Shown here piece after piece: positions 38,148-38,245 of a stretch of 38,245 nucleotides of DNA; the first letter of the stretch is position 1; every line of letters begins with the position of its first letter. The stretch lies in sequence record DRR723986_9956; one strand, given 5' to 3'. The translations under genes and the position numbers were made by a program. Below the pieces are notes generated by a model that did not search any database, had not been told where the DNA came from, and saw nothing but the letters and a program-made list of their open reading frames with translations.

Positions 38148-38176
38148 TTTGTCAGAAAGAAATTTCACTACATTTG
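38148..38176 (+). promoter_or_regulatory. Bacteroidota housekeeping promoter for the tRNA
   Basis: TTTG (38148-51), N17, TACATTTG (38169-76), a perfect TAnnTTTG, about 40 nt upstream of the tRNA. Confidence 0.75.
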
Positions 38177-38217
38177 CATCCGATTCAAGAGCAAGTCATG
38201 GATCAAAATTGAAAGTT

Positions 38218-38245
38218 CGGGGTGTAGCGTAGCCCGGTATCGCGC
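38218..38245 (+). tRNA. 5' part of tRNA-Pro (truncated; anticodon outside window)
   Basis: CGGGGTG-TA-GCG-TAGCCCGGTAT-CGC-GC gives a C1-G2-G3 acceptor start typical of tRNA-Pro, T8A9, and a D-arm with GG. Confidence 0.85.

Noticed and set aside
38218-38245. tRNA-Pro as the attachment site of an island containing the PULs
   Set aside because: The window lies on the tRNA's 5' side, and no integrase or duplicated tRNA fragment was seen.

Overview
Bacteroidota chromosomal DNA, most consistent with a marine or aquatic Cytophagales/Cyclobacteriaceae-type organism. This is inferred from SusC/SusD pairs, Gln at +1 after most signal peptides, a TTTG/TAnnTTTG promoter and Cys-type sulfatases. A ~30-kb minus-strand run (34699 to 4704) begins with a GMC oxidoreductase and a gluconate-2-dehydrogenase subunit-3 partner. 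Two complete ECF sigma / FecR / STN-SusC / SusD modules follow in tandem. Their cargo is five formylglycine sulfatases, a Tat-exported PhoD-like phosphoesterase and an HSL-type esterase, with no intact glycoside hydrolase or lyase. Reading the intergenic DNA shows features missing from the ORF track: a decayed N-terminal remnant of a secreted GH5/GH148-like enzyme after the right susD, a candidate ~110-nt antisense sRNA overlapping the right susC start, a 24-codon smORF filling the left susC-susD gap, a 7-nt-periodic tract, and a 21-bp repeat array at the left edge downstream of a conserved 156-aa hypothetical gene. Flanks hold a Tat metallophosphoesterase and a P-type ATPase on the left, and a stand-alone TonB-dependent receptor, a small lipoprotein and the 5' end of a tRNA-Pro on the right. 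No transposase, integrase or CRISPR array was seen.
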